Source: Clostridiales bacterium
GTDB lineage: Bacteria; Bacillota; Clostridia; Christensenellales; CAG-138
Assembly (NCBI GenBank): GCA_918244965.1
Contig: CAKJYC010000049.1
Location: forward strand, 22,286 to 86,285
Direction of reading: 5' to 3'
DNA: 64,000 nucleotides
Part shown: piece by piece, positions 61,662-64,000 of the stretch
How the letters are laid out: every line of letters begins with the position of its first letter
Position numbering within the stretch: position 1 is the first letter of the stretch
Position numbers and translations under genes: made by a program
The notes under the pieces: model-generated
Told to the model about the DNA's origin: nothing
The model's input: only the letters and a program-made list of their open reading frames with translations
Databases searched by the model: none

Positions 61662-63016
61662 AGGCCCTCCCTTTCCCGCTGGATCACCCAACGCATGATT
61701 TTTCCGCTTGCCGTGCGCGGCAGCGGTTTTTCGTAAAATTCGATCGCGCGGATCTGCTGGTTGCGCGGCCGCTGGTCCAGCACCGGGCGGAGCTTCGCCC
61801 AGATCGCCGCCGGATCGCGCATTTCGCCCTCCAGCACCAGGATCGGCTGATCCGCAACGAGCAGCACGCACACCGGCTCGCCGCCGAGCGCGTTCGACAG
61901 CGCCTGCTCGTATTCGGGCAGATAGAGCTTCGTTCCGTCGCTCAGCACCAGCATTTCCTTTTTGCGGCCGGTGAGTTTCAACCGTCCCGCCTCGTCGAGT
62001 GTGCCGAGATCGCCGGTATGCAGCACGCCGCCCTGCAGCACCTCCGCGGTGTCGTCGGGCTTTTTCCAGTAGCCCTGCATCACGCAGGTCGGCGCTTCGA
62101 TCAGCACCTCGCCGTCGGGCGCGATCGTGACGACGTCGTCGGGACAGACGGTCATCGCGTACGGATCGCCCTCGCCCAGAGACAGCGCGACGCCGGAGCT
62201 CGTTTCGGTCAGTCCGTAGCCGAAGCAGACGCGCGCGTCGGTCGTCTTTGCGGCGCGCAGGATCTCCGGCGGACAGCCGCCCGCGCCGATCAGGATCGTG
62301 CGAAGATCCGGATTCAGCGCGCGGTATTTGAGCAGAAAGCCTAAAAGCGCCGGAACGGCGGAAAGCGCCGTCGGGCGGAAGAAGATGCAGTCCTCGTGAT
62401 AGTGCCGCGCGCCGCGGCCCAAAGCCACGCACGCCCCGCACGAAAGGCCCCAGAGCAGCCCGCAGACGAAGCCGAACACATGGTCGAGCGGCAAAAGGCA
62501 GAGCAGCGTATCGGACGGATCGAGCGGCAACAGCGCGCCGCCGTTATAAGCGCTTGACATCAGGGACGCGTCGGTTAAAACGACCGCCTTTGCGCGGCTC
62601 GTCGTGCCGGAGGTGAAGAATAAAAGCAGCCCTTCGCCGCCCTCGGCAGACGGGAGCAGCGCGGGCGCGAGATCGCGCCGAAGCTGCGAATCGCCCCACA
62701 GCGCGTCCAGCTCGGCCTCTTTGACCTGTTCGAGCAGTACCTCGTCCGCCGCGTTTTCACTGAGCAGCACGGTGCGCCGCCCCGCAAGCACGGACGCGAA
62801 GATCTCGGTCACGCAGTCGAACGAGCCGTCGGCAAGGATGCCGAGCGTATGCTTTTGCTCGGCCTGCAGCACGGCCGCACGCTTTTTGACGCGGTCAAGA
62901 AGCGTCGAAAAGGTACAGGTCCGGATCGCGCCTTTGCTTTCGCAGCGCAGCGCGGGCGCGTCGGGCGCGTGTTCCGCCCAGTGGGAAAGAAGCGCGGAAA
63001 AACCCTCAAATCGCAT
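61658..63016 (-). CDS. AMP-binding enzyme (acyl-CoA/acyl-ACP ligase family)
   Basis: FFTSGTTSRAKAV, GYGLTETS, TGDLG...GRKKEM, ...SGKI.... Start at MRFEGF (63016), 8 nt after GGAGG. Confidence 0.85.
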   Translation of the reverse strand: MRFEGFSALLSHWAEHAPDAPALRCESKGAIRTCTFSTLLDRVKKRAAVLQAEQKHTLGILADGSFDCVTEIFASVLAGRRTVLLSENAADEVLLEQVKEAELDALWGDSQLRRDLAPALLPSAEGGEGLLLFFTSGTTSRAKAVVLTDASLMSSAYNGGALLPLDPSDTLLCLLPLDHVFGFVCGLLWGLSCGACVALGRGARHYHEDCIFFRPTALSAVPALLGFLLKYRALNPDLRTILIGAGGCPPEILRAAKTTDARVCFGYGLTETSSGVALSLGEGDPYAMTVCPDDVVTIAPDGEVLIEAPTCVMQGYWKKPDDTAEVLQGGVLHTGDLGTLDEAGRLKLTGRKKEMLVLSDGTKLYLPEYEQALSNALGGEPVCVLLVADQPILVLEGEMRDPAAIWAKLRPVLDQRPRNQQIRAIEFYEKPLPRTASGKIMRWVIQREREGL

Positions 63017-63174
63017 CGCGATCACCTCCGATCCCTATTCTACCATGAGAATCGGAAGAAGAAAAGAATTTTTCACGTTTTTTGCAAAAATATGCAAAAT
63101 AGTGCGTGCATTTCAAGCGCGACCGCGTTATAATAAAAGGTGCCGAAAGCAATTCATTTCTTGGAGGACAGAGC

Positions 63175-64000
63175 ATGGATAAGAATGTTCGCATCTGCAT
63201 CGTCGGCGGCGGCCCCGCGGGTCTTTCCGCCGGTATGTATCTGGAAAAGAAGGGGTATGAAAACTATACGATCCTTGAGCGGCTTGACCGCGTCGGCGGC
63301 AAGTGCTGGTCTCCGACCTACAACGGACGCCGCTATGAGATGGGCGCGATCATGGGCGTGCCGAGCTACTATGCCGTGCACGACGTCGAGGAGTTCTGCG
63401 GCATCACGCACGACGGTCCGCAGCTGAACCGCAACTACAAGAGCAAAAACGGCAAGGTCATCGAGCCGTTCAATCCGAAGAAGCTTTGCAACCTTCCGAA
63501 ACTTCCGCGTCTTGCCAAAATGAAGAAGCAGGTCAAGAAGCTCGGCGAGCTCCTTGAGACCAAGTACAAGGGCTACGACCTGAACGGCCACCGCGGCGTT
63601 GCCGAGGGCCGCTACGAGGGCTTCTCCCAGGCGAACGCCAAGCGCGAACCGGTCAAGGGCGAGAACCCGAACCTGAAGGATCTTTGCCTTCCGTTCAACG
63701 AGTTCTGCAAGCTGAACGGCGTCGAGCTCATCCAGGACATCTGGATCGGGCCGTTCACCTCCTTCGGCTACGGCTACTTTGACGAGATCCCGGCGGCGTA
63801 CGTTCTGAAGTATCTGGATTTCCAGACCTGCATGAACTTCGTCAAGATCAACCTCTGGACGTGGAAGAACGGCACGCAGTACATCTGGGAGCAGCTGAAC
63901 GACCACCTGAAGCACCCGGCAAGACTGAACAGCAAGATCGAAAAGGTCGAGCGCAGGGACGGCAAGGTGTTCGTCACGGTCAACGGCAAGGTCGAGGAGT
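63175..64000 (+). CDS. FAD-dependent enzyme resembling the polyunsaturated fatty acid (linoleate) isomerase of Cutibacterium acnes; N-terminal 275 codons (runs off the window end)
   Basis: Not in the ORF track because there is no stop. Own translation: MDKNVRICIVGGGPAGLSAGMYLEKKGYENYTILERLDRVGGKCWSPTYNGRRYEMGAIMGVPSYY...IPAAYVLKYLDF.... GGAGG RBS. Strong resemblance to the PAI sequence as I remember it. Confidence 0.6.
   Translation, partial: MDKNVRICIVGGGPAGLSAGMYLEKKGYENYTILERLDRVGGKCWSPTYNGRRYEMGAIMGVPSYYAVHDVEEFCGITHDGPQLNRNYKSKNGKVIEPFNPKKLCNLPKLPRLAKMKKQVKKLGELLETKYKGYDLNGHRGVAEGRYEGFSQANAKREPVKGENPNLKDLCLPFNEFCKLNGVELIQDIWIGPFTSFGYGYFDEIPAAYVLKYLDFQTCMNFVKINLWTWKNGTQYIWEQLNDHLKHPARLNSKIEKVERRDGKVFVTVNGKVEE

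Overview
High-GC (about 60%) bacterial chromosomal segment. Gene content suggests an anaerobic Clostridia-type Firmicute, possibly an Oscillospiraceae-like lysine fermenter, but the taxon is a guess. The window is roughly 93% coding. I saw no rRNA, tRNA, CRISPR or mobile elements. Many long ORFs in the track are antisense shadows of real genes, as expected at this GC.

Layout, left to right:
1. Part of a lysine-fermentation locus on the minus strand: kamC-kamB, then a promoter and lysine riboswitch in front of kal-kce-kdd.
2. A DedA-PlsC fusion and a YfcC-type carrier.
3. MgtC.
4. A 10-gene Mrp/Mbh-like cluster in the order E-F-G-B'-B-C, followed by four antiporter-like subunits. An EEP phosphatase gene sits just upstream.
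5. A HAD plus ABC importer operon.
6. A small membrane protein, an MBL hydrolase, a repeat lipoprotein, and a surface GLUG / purple-acid-phosphatase-like metallophosphoesterase.
7. A K+-dependent-type membrane pyrophosphatase.
8. A Cof-type HAD and a second ABC importer.
9. A 16-kb, 15-gene minus-strand operon: four tandem HAD paralogs, a circularly permuted iPGM-like protein, iolG, archaeal-type GAPDH and PGK, a split transketolase, a LarA-family racemase, malic enzyme, and iolE-iolB-iolD.
10. A divergent LacI-PHP-PfkB-MFS operon.
11. GH13, thioesterase, ACP, AMP-ligase, and a divergent PAI-like FAD enzyme.

Main hunt result: the iol operon lacks iolC/iolJ/iolA. In their place it carries a gene set that fits a hypothetical transketolase -> GAPDH-like -> PGK-like -> malate racemase -> malic enzyme route from 2-deoxy-5-keto-gluconate to pyruvate.

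Secondary results:
- The permuted iPGM-like protein.
- A shared AAACGTTT palindromic operator at five promoters.
- A four-antiporter-subunit Mrp-like complex with a 3 x 24-aa repeat tail.
- A probable ON-type lysine riboswitch.

All functional calls rest on my reading of the translated sequences and on remembered family motifs. No database search was run.
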